A stretch of 64,000 nt of DNA from an uncultured Trueperaceae bacterium (GTDB lineage: Bacteria; Deinococcota; Deinococci; Deinococcales; Trueperaceae), in contig CAWFFU010000003.1 of the NCBI GenBank assembly GCA_963815215.1, forward strand, positions 256,001 through 320,000. The letters are read 5' to 3'. Positions 13,049-22,498 of this stretch are shown piece by piece (position 1 is the first letter of the stretch; every line of letters begins with the position of its first letter). The position numbers and the translations under genes are program-made. A model generated the notes under the pieces. It searched no databases. It worked only from the letters and a program-made list of their open reading frames with translations, and had not been told where the DNA came from.

Positions 13049-13771
13049 CTACGGCGTGGTGCTGAGGCCCGCCAGGAAGCCGTCGAGCGCCGACAGATAG
13101 GCGTGCATGGCTTGGAGCGTCTTCGCCATGTCCCCCGGGATCTCGAGACTGTGGTCGGCGTCTTCGACGATCACGCGGTTGCGGCCGGTACGCTCAGCGA
13201 GCTCGTCGAGCCGCGTCGCGTCGTACAAGGGGTCCGCCGTGCCGATCACGAACAACGACGGGGGCAGCCGCCGCTGGACGGTCTCGAGCAGCGACGCATC
13301 GTTGAGCAGGGGCGTCAACCACACGCAGGCGGGCGTACGCGGCGGCAGGCCGGCAGAGGGGATGTCGGCGGGGACGTGGGCGGGAACGTCGGCGGGGACG
13401 TCGGCGAGGATGTCGGCAAGGGCGAGCGTCCCGATGGACTTGCCGACGAGGATCACGTCCCGGTACGCGCCTTGCCGGGTGGCGGCCCGGTACGCGCTGA
13501 GCGCATCGTCGCGGATCCAGGCGCGCCGGCGGGAGGCGTCGTCGCGTGGGAAGTCGGGATCGAGATCGTACGCGAGGTCGAGGCGCAGGACGTCGGCGCC
13601 GCGCTCCTGGAAGGCCCGCTGGGTGTAGTGGAGCAGGGGCATGGTGGCTCGGTAACCCAGGCCGGGGAAGAGCACGGCGAGCCGGTCGGTCCCGGTGTCG
13701 TTCCGGAAGAACGTGTACGGGAGCGGCGCACCGCGTGTGGTGGTGGCGTCGAGGTGCGTGGTCCGGTACAT
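13049..13771 (-). CDS. Alpha/beta hydrolase
   Basis: PGLGY oxyanion region, GKSIG nucleophile elbow, GTAD and ADHSL (Ser-Asp-His); AAGGAG RBS. Confidence 0.8.
   Translation of the reverse strand: MYRTTHLDATTTRGAPLPYTFFRNDTGTDRLAVLFPGLGYRATMPLLHYTQRAFQERGADVLRLDLAYDLDPDFPRDDASRRRAWIRDDALSAYRAATRQGAYRDVILVGKSIGTLALADILADVPADVPAHVPADIPSAGLPPRTPACVWLTPLLNDASLLETVQRRLPPSLFVIGTADPLYDATRLDELAERTGRNRVIVEDADHSLEIPGDMAKTLQAMHAYLSALDGFLAGLSTTP
13358..13417. repeat. 5 x 12-bp imperfect tandem repeat inside the hydrolase gene
   Basis: ggggatgtcggc/ggggacgtgggc/gggaacgtcggc/ggggacgtcggc/gaggatgtcggc, encoding ADIL-ADVP-ADVP-AHVP-ADIP. Confidence 0.8.
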
Positions 13772-13877
13772 GGTTCTCCTTCGCCGAGATCGGTGATGGC
13801 AGGGCCGATGCGGGTCCCCGGGGGTCCCCGCACCGCGCCGCGTGAGAGCCGAGTCTCTACGATACGGGGGTCCTCCA

Positions 13878-16259
13878 TCAGGCGCCCACGTAGGCCGCCA
13901 GGTGCTCGCCGGTGAGGGTGGAGCGGGCGGCGACGAGGTCGGCGGGCGTGCCCTCGAACACGACCTTGCCGCCGTCGTGTCCGGCGCCGGGGCCTAGGTC
14001 GATGATCCAGTCGGCGTGCGCCATGACCGCCTGGTGGTGCGCGATGACGATGACCGACGTGCCGGCGTCGACGAGCCGGTCGAGCAGGCCGAGAAGCTGC
14101 TCGACGTCGGCGAGGTGCAGGCCGGAGGTGGGCTCGTCGAGGACATAGATGCCGCCCTTCTCGGCCATGCGCGTGGCCAGCTTGAGCCGCTGGCGTTCGC
14201 CGCCGGAGAGCGTGGTGAGCGGCTGGCCGAGTGTCAGGTAGCCCAAGCCCACGTCGGCCATGCGGGACAGGATCTTGTGGGCCGCCGGCGTCTTCGCCGC
14301 GCCGGATCCGAAGAATGCCTCGGCCTCGGCCACCGGCATGGCGAGCACCTCGCTGATGTCACGCTCGCCCAAGCGGTACTCCAGCACCGCAGCCTGGAAG
14401 CGCTTGCCCTCGCACACCTCGCAGGGGGCGGCGACGCTCTCCATGTAGCCGAGCTCGGTGTAGATGACGCCGATCCCGTTGCAGGCGGGACAGGCGCCCT
14501 CGGAGTTGGCGCTGAACAACGCCGGCTTCACGCCGTTGGCCTTCGCGAACGCCTTTCGGATCGGGTCGAGCAGCCCCGTGTAGGTCGCCGGGTTACTCCG
14601 CCTGGAACCGCGGATCGCGCCCTGGTCGATGGTGACCACGCCGTCACGGCCCGACACCGAACCGTCGATCAACGAGCTCTTGCCCGAGCCGGCCACGCCG
14701 GTCACGACCACGAGCACGCCGAGGGGTACGTCGACGTCGACGTTCTGGAGGTTGTGGGTGGCGGCGCCGCGCACCTCCAACACGCCGGACGGCGCGCGCA
14801 GCGACGCCTTCAGCGCGGCCCGGTCGTCGAGGTGTCGCCCTGTGAGGGTGCCGCTGGAGCGCAGCCCCTCGACGCCGCCCTCGTACACGATCTCGCCGCC
14901 GCCCGCGCCGGCGCCGGGCCCCAGGTCGACGACATGATCGGCGCGCACGATCACTTCCGGCTTGTGCTCCACCACGAGCACGGTGTTGCCCTTGTCGCGA
15001 AGCTGCACCAGCAGCTCGTTCATCCGCTCGATGTCGTGCGGGTGCAGCCCGATCGTCGGCTCGTCGAAGACGTAGGTGACGTCGGTGAGTGCCGACCCGA
15101 GGTGGCGGATCATCTTCACGCGCTGCGCCTCGCCGCCCGACAGCGTGCCTGACGGCCGGTCGAGCGAGAGGTAGCCCAGCCCGATCTCCACGAACGAGTC
15201 GAGGGTGTGCCGCAGCGCGACCAGCAGCGGCGCCACCGAGGGCTCGTCGAGGTCGCCGACCCACGTCGCCAGGTCGCTGATCTGCATGGCGCAGGCTTCG
15301 CCGATGTGGATGCCCTGGATCCTCGACGAGCGGGCGGCCTCGCTCAGCCGCGTGCCGCCGCAGTCGGGACAGGTGGTGAACGTGACCGCCCGCTCCACGA
15401 AGGCCCGGATGTGCGGCTGCATCGCGTCGACGTCCTTGGAGAGCATCGATCTCTGGATCCGAGGGATCAGACCCTCGTAGGTCATGTTGATGCCCTCGAT
15501 CTTCATGCGCGTCGGCTCCCGGTACAGGAAGTCGTGCAGCTGCTTCTTGGTGAACGCACGGATCGGCTTGTCCGGGTCGAAGAAGCCGGAGGACGCGTAG
15601 AGGCGGTAGTTCCAGCCGCCCGCGGTGTAGCCGGGGATGGTGAGCGCGCCGTCGGCGAGCGACTTCGTATCGTCGAAGAGCTGGGACAGGTCGAGATCGG
15701 TCACCGCGCCCATGCCTTCGCAGCGCGGGCACATGCCGCCGGTCCGGTTGAAGGTGCGCGTCACCGCCCTGGTCCTGTCCTCGCCGCGCTCGACCGTGAA
15801 CGCTCCGGTCGCCCGCACCGACGGGACGTTGAAGGCGTACGCGCTCGGGGAACCGATGTGTGGCTCACCGAGCCGGCTGAAGAGGATACGCAGCATCGCG
15901 TTGGCGTCCGTCGCCGTGCCCACGGTGGATCGGGCGTTGGCGCCCATACGCTCCTGGTCGACGATGATCGCGGTCGTCAGGCCGTCGAGGACGTCGACCT
16001 CGGGCCGCGCCAGCGTCGGCATGAAGCCCCGCACGAAGGCGCTATAGGTCTCGTTGATCATCCGCTGCGATTCCGCGGCGATGGTGTCGAACACCAGCGA
16101 GCTCTTGCCCGAGCCGGAGACGCCGGTGAACACCGTCAGCCGGCGCTTCGGGATCTCCAGCGTCACGTCCTTGAGGTTGTTCACGCGCGCGCCGTGCACG
16201 CGGATGAGGTCGTGACGGTCGGCGACATGCGGGGAGGGCGGCGTCGGATCCTCGGTCAT
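13878..16259 (-). CDS. UvrA2/DrrC-like ABC ATPase (class II UvrA)
   Basis: Two ABC modules (GVSGSGKS, LSGGE, DEPT; GVAGSGKS, LSGGE, DEPT) with CxxC zinc motifs; 793 aa, shorter than canonical UvrA. Confidence 0.88.
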   Translation of the reverse strand: MTEDPTPPSPHVADRHDLIRVHGARVNNLKDVTLEIPKRRLTVFTGVSGSGKSSLVFDTIAAESQRMINETYSAFVRGFMPTLARPEVDVLDGLTTAIIVDQERMGANARSTVGTATDANAMLRILFSRLGEPHIGSPSAYAFNVPSVRATGAFTVERGEDRTRAVTRTFNRTGGMCPRCEGMGAVTDLDLSQLFDDTKSLADGALTIPGYTAGGWNYRLYASSGFFDPDKPIRAFTKKQLHDFLYREPTRMKIEGINMTYEGLIPRIQRSMLSKDVDAMQPHIRAFVERAVTFTTCPDCGGTRLSEAARSSRIQGIHIGEACAMQISDLATWVGDLDEPSVAPLLVALRHTLDSFVEIGLGYLSLDRPSGTLSGGEAQRVKMIRHLGSALTDVTYVFDEPTIGLHPHDIERMNELLVQLRDKGNTVLVVEHKPEVIVRADHVVDLGPGAGAGGGEIVYEGGVEGLRSSGTLTGRHLDDRAALKASLRAPSGVLEVRGAATHNLQNVDVDVPLGVLVVVTGVAGSGKSSLIDGSVSGRDGVVTIDQGAIRGSRRSNPATYTGLLDPIRKAFAKANGVKPALFSANSEGACPACNGIGVIYTELGYMESVAAPCEVCEGKRFQAAVLEYRLGERDISEVLAMPVAEAEAFFGSGAAKTPAAHKILSRMADVGLGYLTLGQPLTTLSGGERQRLKLATRMAEKGGIYVLDEPTSGLHLADVEQLLGLLDRLVDAGTSVIVIAHHQAVMAHADWIIDLGPGAGHDGGKVVFEGTPADLVAARSTLTGEHLAAYVGA

Positions 16260-16307
16260 CGTGCCTCCGTCCGGTGGGTGGCCGCACCCACGCTCTCGGC
16301 TCTCAGC

Positions 16308-16718
16308 TCAGAGCAGTTCCTGGATGCGGACCAGGTTCCCCGCGGGATCGCGGACGGCACAATCGCGAACGCCGTACGGCTGCTCGGTCGGCTCCTGCAC
16401 GATCTCGGCGCCGCTGGCCTGGACGCGCTCGAAGGCGCCGTCGAGGTCCCTGGTGGCCAGCAGGATCATGGCGTAGGTGCCCTTGGCCATCATCTCGTGG
16501 ATGGTGCGTCGCTCGTCGTCGGTGATTCCGGGCGCGGCGGTCGGCGGCGACAGGACGATGGAGGTGCCGGGCTGGTCGACGGGTCCGACCGTGATCCAGC
16601 GCATCGCTTCGTATCCGACGTCGTTGCGGACCTCGAAGCCGAGGGTGTCGCGGTAGAAGGCCAGGGACGCGTCCGGGTCGATGTGCGGGAGCATGCTTGC
16701 GTGGATGGTGATGTCCAT
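16308..16718 (-). CDS. VOC/glyoxalase-bleomycin resistance family protein
   Basis: LAFYRDTLGFEV, QEPTEQPYGVRDCAVRDPAGN; TAGAAT -10 lies 7 nt upstream. Confidence 0.88.
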   Translation of the reverse strand: MDITIHASMLPHIDPDASLAFYRDTLGFEVRNDVGYEAMRWITVGPVDQPGTSIVLSPPTAAPGITDDERRTIHEMMAKGTYAMILLATRDLDGAFERVQASGAEIVQEPTEQPYGVRDCAVRDPAGNLVRIQELL

Positions 16719-16723
16719 GGCCG

Positions 16724-17173
<450 letters not shown>

Positions 17174-17329
17174 CGACGCGATCATGCCACGGCGCGACGG
17201 GACTCGGCCGGTCCGGAGCTACATCGACTGTCGCCAACGCGACACGAGCAGCCGATCGTGCGGCCAAGCCCTTGCAGCTGTCAACGGCTCGAAGCGAGCT
17301 CGCTGGTCGGTCAGGGCGGGGCCGGGGGT

Positions 17330-17641
17330 CTAGCGTTCGCCGGCCGCTTGGGTCAGGCGTTGTCGGAGGAGCTCCTGGCTGGGCCAACCCTTGCCGGCGT
17401 TCTCGAGGTAGCGACGGCAGGCCATCACCGGCGCTCCGTCGTAGTGTTCGAGGTCGTCACGGTCGACCCGGATGCTGGGCGATCCGGCGAAGCCGCGGCG
17501 TTCGTCCTGCGTGAGGTGCTCGATGTTCCGGAGGCGGACGCTGGCGTCGAGGTCGAGACCCACCAGGGCCTGACCGAGTTCGGTCCAGGCGGTACGCCAC
17601 GAGGGGCAGCCGTCGAAGTACAGCAGTTCGACCTCGATCAG
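17330..17641 (-). CDS. Small thioredoxin-fold protein (ELLYFDGCP...GSPSI...CRRY) with an apparent non-canonical start
   Basis: The frame extends 26 codons upstream of the ORF-track start (17563) to CTG at 17641 (LIEVELLYFDGCPSW). An in-frame TAG lies 4 codons further upstream. Confidence 0.7.
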   Translation of the reverse strand: MIEVELLYFDGCPSWRTAWTELGQALVGLDLDASVRLRNIEHLTQDERRGFAGSPSIRVDRDDLEHYDGAPVMACRRYLENAGKGWPSQELLRQRLTQAAGER

Positions 17642-17709
17642 GGGTCCAGGCTAGCGCGTGGCGCGAGCCCGCGTGGTTCGCGTCGCTGCGCGGGTCCTCG
17701 GCGGACGGC

Positions 17710-18435
17710 CTACTCGACCACGATCTTGCCGTACATGCCCTTCTGGGCGTGGCCGGGGACCTGGCAGACGTAGTAGTAGGTGCCGGGGGTTGCCGCACGG
17801 AACCGCAGGGTGCCGGAGGTGTAACTGGCGGACTGTAGGTTCTCGTCCGTGCGTGCGGAGAGGGGCGGGATGCCGCTACGCAGGCCGCCGCCCATCATGG
17901 GCGCCATGTACGGGTAGGGAGGCGCGAAGCGGGTGAGGACGAGGCCGTGGGGCATGTCGGCGCCGTAATCCATGTTGACGAGGTCGAGGGTGACGGTGGC
18001 GCCGCGCGGGATGGTGACGGTGGGGTCGACCAGGCCGGCGATCTCGAAGGTGGTGTCGGGCTCGTCGGGTTGGACGGCGATCACGTCGAGGGTGACGCTG
18101 GCACCGGTGTAGCTGACGGTGTTGGTGGTGGGGTCGATGGTGGCACCCTGCAGGCCGCTCGCGATCATGGCGCGTGCGGCGTTCCAGTCGACGGTCCGGA
18201 TGCCCTGTCCGCCGTACCCCTGGCCCATCATGCCGTAGCCGCCGGCTCGGCCGTAGCCGCCCATCTGGCCGGGGCCCATGCCGGCGTCGCCGTAGTCGGT
18301 ACCGCCATGGCCGGTAGCGCCATAGCCGGTGCCGGCCGTGCCGCCCATGCCCCGCTGGGCGAGGGAGGCGCCCACGAGGAGGGCGGCGGTGAGCAGGACG
18401 GCGCCGATGAGAGCGCTGCGCTGGCGGGGGGTCAC
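17710..18435 (-). CDS. Exported blue-copper (sulfocyanin/rusticyanin-like cupredoxin) protein
   Basis: Signal peptide, Gly/Met/Tyr-rich linker, and type-1 Cu ligands: His (MPHG) plus C-x4-H-x4-M (YYYVCQVPGHAQKGM). Confidence 0.85.
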   Translation of the reverse strand: MTPRQRSALIGAVLLTAALLVGASLAQRGMGGTAGTGYGATGHGGTDYGDAGMGPGQMGGYGRAGGYGMMGQGYGGQGIRTVDWNAARAMIASGLQGATIDPTTNTVSYTGASVTLDVIAVQPDEPDTTFEIAGLVDPTVTIPRGATVTLDLVNMDYGADMPHGLVLTRFAPPYPYMAPMMGGGLRSGIPPLSARTDENLQSASYTSGTLRFRAATPGTYYYVCQVPGHAQKGMYGKIVVE

Positions 18436-18695
18436 GCGAGGCCTTCCTTGCGGCGGTCGAACTCTTCCTTGTCGATCTCACCGCGCGCGTAGCGCTCGCG
18501 GAGGATGCGCAGTGCGCTGTCTTCGCCCGGAAGGGAGGTGCCGTTCGCGGCGTCGTGCTGCGCCCGGTGGCCGCGTCCGCTGTCGAGGGCGCGCCACAGG
18601 TAGATGATGCCTAGAACGATGAGGGCGAGGAAGAGCAGGGAGCCGAGCCAGCCGAAGCCGCCCCAGCCACCCATGCCGTAGCCGAATCCCATCAT
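18432..18695 (-). CDS. SHOCT-domain membrane protein
   Basis: MMGFGYGMGGW N-terminus, one TM helix, C-terminal ALRILRERYARGEIDKEEF. Confidence 0.88.
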   Translation of the reverse strand: MMGFGYGMGGWGGFGWLGSLLFLALIVLGIIYLWRALDSGRGHRAQHDAANGTSLPGEDSALRILRERYARGEIDKEEFDRRKEGLA

Positions 18696-18862
18696 GGTGT
18701 ATCTCCTTCCGCCGGGCGCTCGCCGGGCGCCGGTCCCTGGTCATGGGCCGTGCCGGAACGCCGCGGAGCGCGTGGCTTGGTGCCGTCGATCCGTGGGAAG
18801 AGGCGGGCGCTGAGGTACGCCGCGAGGGCGATGATCAGTGCCAGAGCGATGAGGTAGAGCAA
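18692..18862 (-). CDS. 56-aa single-pass membrane microprotein (not in ORF track)
   Basis: AAGGAG RBS 8 nt before TTG at 18862; MLYLIALALIIALAAYLSARLFPRIDG...; its TGA overlaps the SHOCT ATG (ATGA). Confidence 0.6.
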   Translation of the reverse strand: MLYLIALALIIALAAYLSARLFPRIDGTKPRAPRRSGTAHDQGPAPGERPAEGDTP

Positions 18863-18954
18863 GGGCGCGTCTCCTTCCCTGGGATCACGGGGTCAGGGTA
18901 CGGAGCTTGTGTTCAGCTTGGATAAAGGCTGCCGGGTTGAGGCTCCGGATCACG

Positions 18955-18977
18955 TACCCTGGTCAGGGTGGGGTCAA
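18955..18977 (-). promoter_or_regulatory. Candidate -35 and palindromic operator of the copper-protein operon
   Basis: Minus strand TTGACC (18977-18972) followed by ACCCTG-N2-CAGGGT (18956-18969). The -10 element is weak. Confidence 0.4.
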
Positions 18978-19150
18978 GGCCGAGAGTGCTGTGGGTCCTG
19001 TGGTGGGAGTGGCTGGACGCTGCGGGTGATGGATGGTCGAGGCTCTCGACGGCGAAGACACCGTCCGGCACCACGTCGCCAGAAGCGACAGGTGCGGCGC
19101 GCTGGGGGCCGTGCGCGCTCCTCGGCCTGTCGACCGTCAAGGAGGATGCC

Positions 19151-20089
19151 ATGTTGAACCACGACGAGGGATGGAGCGCTGGTGGCGCAGGAGCGCCCAG
19201 CGGGGCGGGGGAGGCGTTGTTGGCGGGTCGCAAGGTGGGCCGTGTCGGTTTCGGCGCCATGCAGCTCCCCGGCCCGCGCGTTTGGGGCCCACCGGCGGAT
19301 CGGGATGCGGCGCTGGCGGTGTTGCGCGAGGCCATCGATCTGGGCGTCAATCACGTCGACACGGCGCAGTTCTACGGTGACGGGGTCGCCAACGAGTTGA
19401 TCCGGAGCGCGCTGTACCCGTATCCGGAGGAGCTGGTGCTGGTGAGCAAGGTCGGTGCGGGGCGGGACGCTGCGGGGGGTTGGTATCCCGCCCAGCGTCC
19501 GGAGCAGCTTCGTGCTGGGGTGGAGGCGAACCTGAGGAGCCTAGGGGTGGAGCGCTTGGACGCGGTGAATCTGCGGCTCACGGGGGTTGGGTCGGGCGAT
19601 GGTTTGCCGGCTGAGCAACGGGTGGACCTGGACGGTCAGTTGGCGGAGATGGTGGCGCTGCGTGACGAGGGGCTGATCGGTGGCATCGGCTTGAGCAACG
19701 CCGGGGTCGAGGAGGTGCGTCGGGCGCTGCCTGTCGGTATCGCCTGCGTGCAGAACGCCTATAGCGTTCTCGATCGCTCAGCCGAGCCTGTTCTGGAGTT
19801 GTGTCGCGAGCACGGCGTGCCCTGGGTGCCGTTCTTCCCTTTGGGTTCCGCCTTCCCGAACGTGCCCAAGGTCACCCTGCACCCTGTGGTGATGGAGGTG
19901 GCGGCGCGCCTGGAGGCGACGCCCGCGCAGATCGGCCTGGCCTGGCTGCTCGCTCATGATCCGAGCACCTTGTTGATCCCGGGGACCTCCGATGCTCGGC
20001 ACCTGCGGGAGAACATCGCGAGTGGGGCGGTCACGTTGGACCCGGCTGCGTACGCTGCCCTCGACGCCTTGTCTGCCGGGCCTGGGTGA
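19151..20089 (+). CDS. Aldo/keto reductase
   Basis: GFGAMQL, DTAQFYG, VSKVG, IGLSN, VQNAYS, FFPLG, LLIPGT; AGGAGG RBS. Confidence 0.9.
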   Translation: MLNHDEGWSAGGAGAPSGAGEALLAGRKVGRVGFGAMQLPGPRVWGPPADRDAALAVLREAIDLGVNHVDTAQFYGDGVANELIRSALYPYPEELVLVSKVGAGRDAAGGWYPAQRPEQLRAGVEANLRSLGVERLDAVNLRLTGVGSGDGLPAEQRVDLDGQLAEMVALRDEGLIGGIGLSNAGVEEVRRALPVGIACVQNAYSVLDRSAEPVLELCREHGVPWVPFFPLGSAFPNVPKVTLHPVVMEVAARLEATPAQIGLAWLLAHDPSTLLIPGTSDARHLRENIASGAVTLDPAAYAALDALSAGPG

Positions 20090-20602
20090 GCGCGTTCTAG
20101 AGTTGGGCATCGTTCGTGGACACCGGGTTGCTTGAGGTTCAGCCTCAGTCAGGACAACAGTCCATGGACCTGACGGAACTCCGGTGCGGGATTGCAGACA
20201 CCGCTCGAACCCGGACTCGTGGCCTGGGCCGGTGCTGAGAGCCCGGCCGGGATCTCCGGCCTCCGTGCTTGCTTCACTCGGTGCTCTCGAATCGCGTAGT
20301 CCAACCGTTCGCCGCTGGCCTCGTTCCACGCGATGGTTCGGTTGCTCGACCGCGGGTGCGCCGCATTGCGGGCCTCGAGCGGTCGTGCCTACGGGTGTCT
20401 CAGCGATCTCAGGTAGAACTGGCTGGCTTCGGCATGCCGATCTCGTACCCGCCGACCATGTTTGTTGTCGCTCGGTCGAGTGGGCCTGATAACACCCGGG
20501 CACGTCATGGGACGTGTCTTGATTCGTGGGCTCGGCGTGGTCCGAGCTGTTGGAGGCCAGACCGAGAGTTGGACTGGCCTCCAATGCGAGTACGTCTAGG
20601 GC

Positions 20603-21838
20603 CTAGTGAAGCGGCAGGTTGGACGGTGGCGGGTTGAACGCCGGCATCTGCCCCGCCCGGCCGAAGCCGCTGATGCTCGCTATCGGTGTCGGGGAGCCCG
20701 TCGATGCGACGTCGGCCGCGGCGAACTCGTCGACCGTCGTGCCTTGGTGGGTGACCCACAGGTTGCCGTTCGCGTCCAGCGTGACGCCGACATTGACGCT
20801 CGATCCAGTGGTGATGGTGGCCGCTGGGCTGGGGTTGGACGTGAGGGTGGCGGCGGCGTAGCGCACCACCGTGCCGCCGCTTCCGTTGCCCACCCATAGG
20901 TTGCCGCTGGCATCGAACGCCAGACCCTCGGGACTGACGAGGCCGTTACTGATGGTTGCATCTACCGTGGGCGTAGTCGGCAGCGACGCCGCCGTGTACT
21001 CGGTCACGGTGTTACTGCTGAGATTCACCACCCACAGGTTGCCACTGGCATCGAACGCCAGACTCTGTGGGAAGTCGAGACCACTGATGGTCTTGATGGC
21101 GCTCGGACTGCTGGTCAGCGATCCCGCCGGGTATTCGGTGACCGTGCCGGCGAACACGTCCGAAACCCACAGGTTGCCGCTGGCATCGAACGCGAGGCCG
21201 ACCGGGTTCCCGCCTGTGCTGATGGTGGCCGCCGGACCGGGGTTGGGGATCAGGGATCCCGCCGTGTACTCGGTGATCGTGCCGGCGTGCTCGTTCACCG
21301 CCCACAGGTTGCCGCTGGCATCGAACGCCACGGCGCGCGCATAGTTGATGCCGTTGGTGATGGTGGTCGTGGGCGTGTTGGTGCTTCCCAGCGTGCCGCC
21401 AGCGAAGAAGTCTACCGCGTTGACGTCGAGGTCGGGCACCCACAAACCTGCCACCGAACCCGCCACTGTAACGGTGGTGGTCTTGGTGACCGCGGCGGTG
21501 CCGGTCCCGCCGGTCGCGGTCAGCGTGAAGGTGTAGGAGGCACTGCTGGTGGTGGTGCTGCTGGGCAGCGTCACCGTGGCGCTGGTGCTGGCCGCGAGGT
21601 CGACGCTGCCACCGTAGGCGGTCCCGTTGACCTCCACGCCCGCGCTCGGAGTCACCGTGAGCGCGTAATCCGTGACGTTGCTGCCGCTCCAGCTCAGGAT
21701 CGTGGACCCACCGGAAGAGGCGAGCGCAACCGGGCTCGACGTCAACGAGGTCACCTGCGGAACGGGCTGCTGACTGCAGCCCGCGATGAGGAGGGCCATG
21801 CCGAACGCGAGCACGACGAGGGAAAGACGGTATCTCAC
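20603..21838 (-). CDS. Lipoprotein with Ig-like region and NHL-repeat beta-propeller
   Basis: GGAGG RBS, GTG start, lipobox LIAG-C, Ser/Thr-rich beta region, and five (A/T)(F/L)DA(S/N)GNLW repeats. Confidence 0.82.
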   Translation of the reverse strand: MRYRLSLVVLAFGMALLIAGCSQQPVPQVTSLTSSPVALASSGGSTILSWSGSNVTDYALTVTPSAGVEVNGTAYGGSVDLAASTSATVTLPSSTTTSSASYTFTLTATGGTGTAAVTKTTTVTVAGSVAGLWVPDLDVNAVDFFAGGTLGSTNTPTTTITNGINYARAVAFDASGNLWAVNEHAGTITEYTAGSLIPNPGPAATISTGGNPVGLAFDASGNLWVSDVFAGTVTEYPAGSLTSSPSAIKTISGLDFPQSLAFDASGNLWVVNLSSNTVTEYTAASLPTTPTVDATISNGLVSPEGLAFDASGNLWVGNGSGGTVVRYAAATLTSNPSPAATITTGSSVNVGVTLDANGNLWVTHQGTTVDEFAAADVASTGSPTPIASISGFGRAGQMPAFNPPPSNLPLH

Positions 21839-22283
21839 GACAGCCTCCAAATGGTCATGACGCCGCCCGATGGATCTCGGCAACCGCTATGGTTCCGTTG
21901 CTTCTCGCGGTTGCCTTCCCGCACTCAGCCAAAACGGTTCGGACGACGACGTGCAGGACTCGAAACGATTGGAATCCTTCCACACGGCAACATACTCCGC
22001 CCAGCCGACGCCTATAGAATCTTCACCATCCCGTCCGACCGCCCGGCGCTCGGATCGCCAGAACTCAGCAGCGTCCTTCCGCAGGTCGAAGCCACCACCG
22101 ACACGACAAGGAGCGCGGTCGGGTCAGAGGTCGGGCGGTCGAGTCAACCTTCGTTCGGAGTCGGCCCTGCTCTTGGCGTGGCCGACCCATTGCTTGCCGG
22201 CCCGCCGATCATGGATGGAGTCGGGCGGGCCCTCCGGAACTCGGAAGGCCCATCTTCGTGTGCTGTCCTGGACGGCCTGCATC

Positions 22284-22330
22284 TGGTCGGGGTGGCTGGA
22301 TTCGAACCGGCGACCCCTCGACCGCCAGTC
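22284..22330 (-). repeat. Diverged duplicate of the tRNA-Pro 3' half (att-like site)
   Basis: GACTGGCGGTCGAGGGGTCGCCGGTTCGAATCCAGCCACCCCGACCA; 41 of 47 nt identical to 25090-25044; no 5' half present. Confidence 0.85.
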
Positions 22331-22498
22331 GCTCCAGGGGCCAGAGTGCCCCTCATGTTGGTGAGCGTCTAGGGTCTACATTCTTCGTCCGGGAGGCGCA
22401 AAGTGTCGCCTCTGGCGTTTGTCCTTGTTTGGCCTGGTAACTGCGTGTTTGGCCGAGTTGGCACACAATCGGTGACAGGACCCCGGAGGTAGATCCAG

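Noticed and set aside
20090..20602. ORFs in the gap between the aldo/keto reductase and the NHL gene
   Set aside because: No recognisable motifs, RBS or consistent codon bias; treated as non-coding or decayed.
20750..21330. Regularly spaced ~28-bp repeats as a CRISPR array
   Set aside because: They are in-frame NHL blade motifs with ~108-nt coding spacers, and no cas genes are present.
22284..22330. A second tRNA gene (GGC loop, Ala-like)
   Set aside because: No acceptor 5' strand or D-arm, a mismatch in the T-stem and a Pro-type 3' end; better explained as an att remnant.
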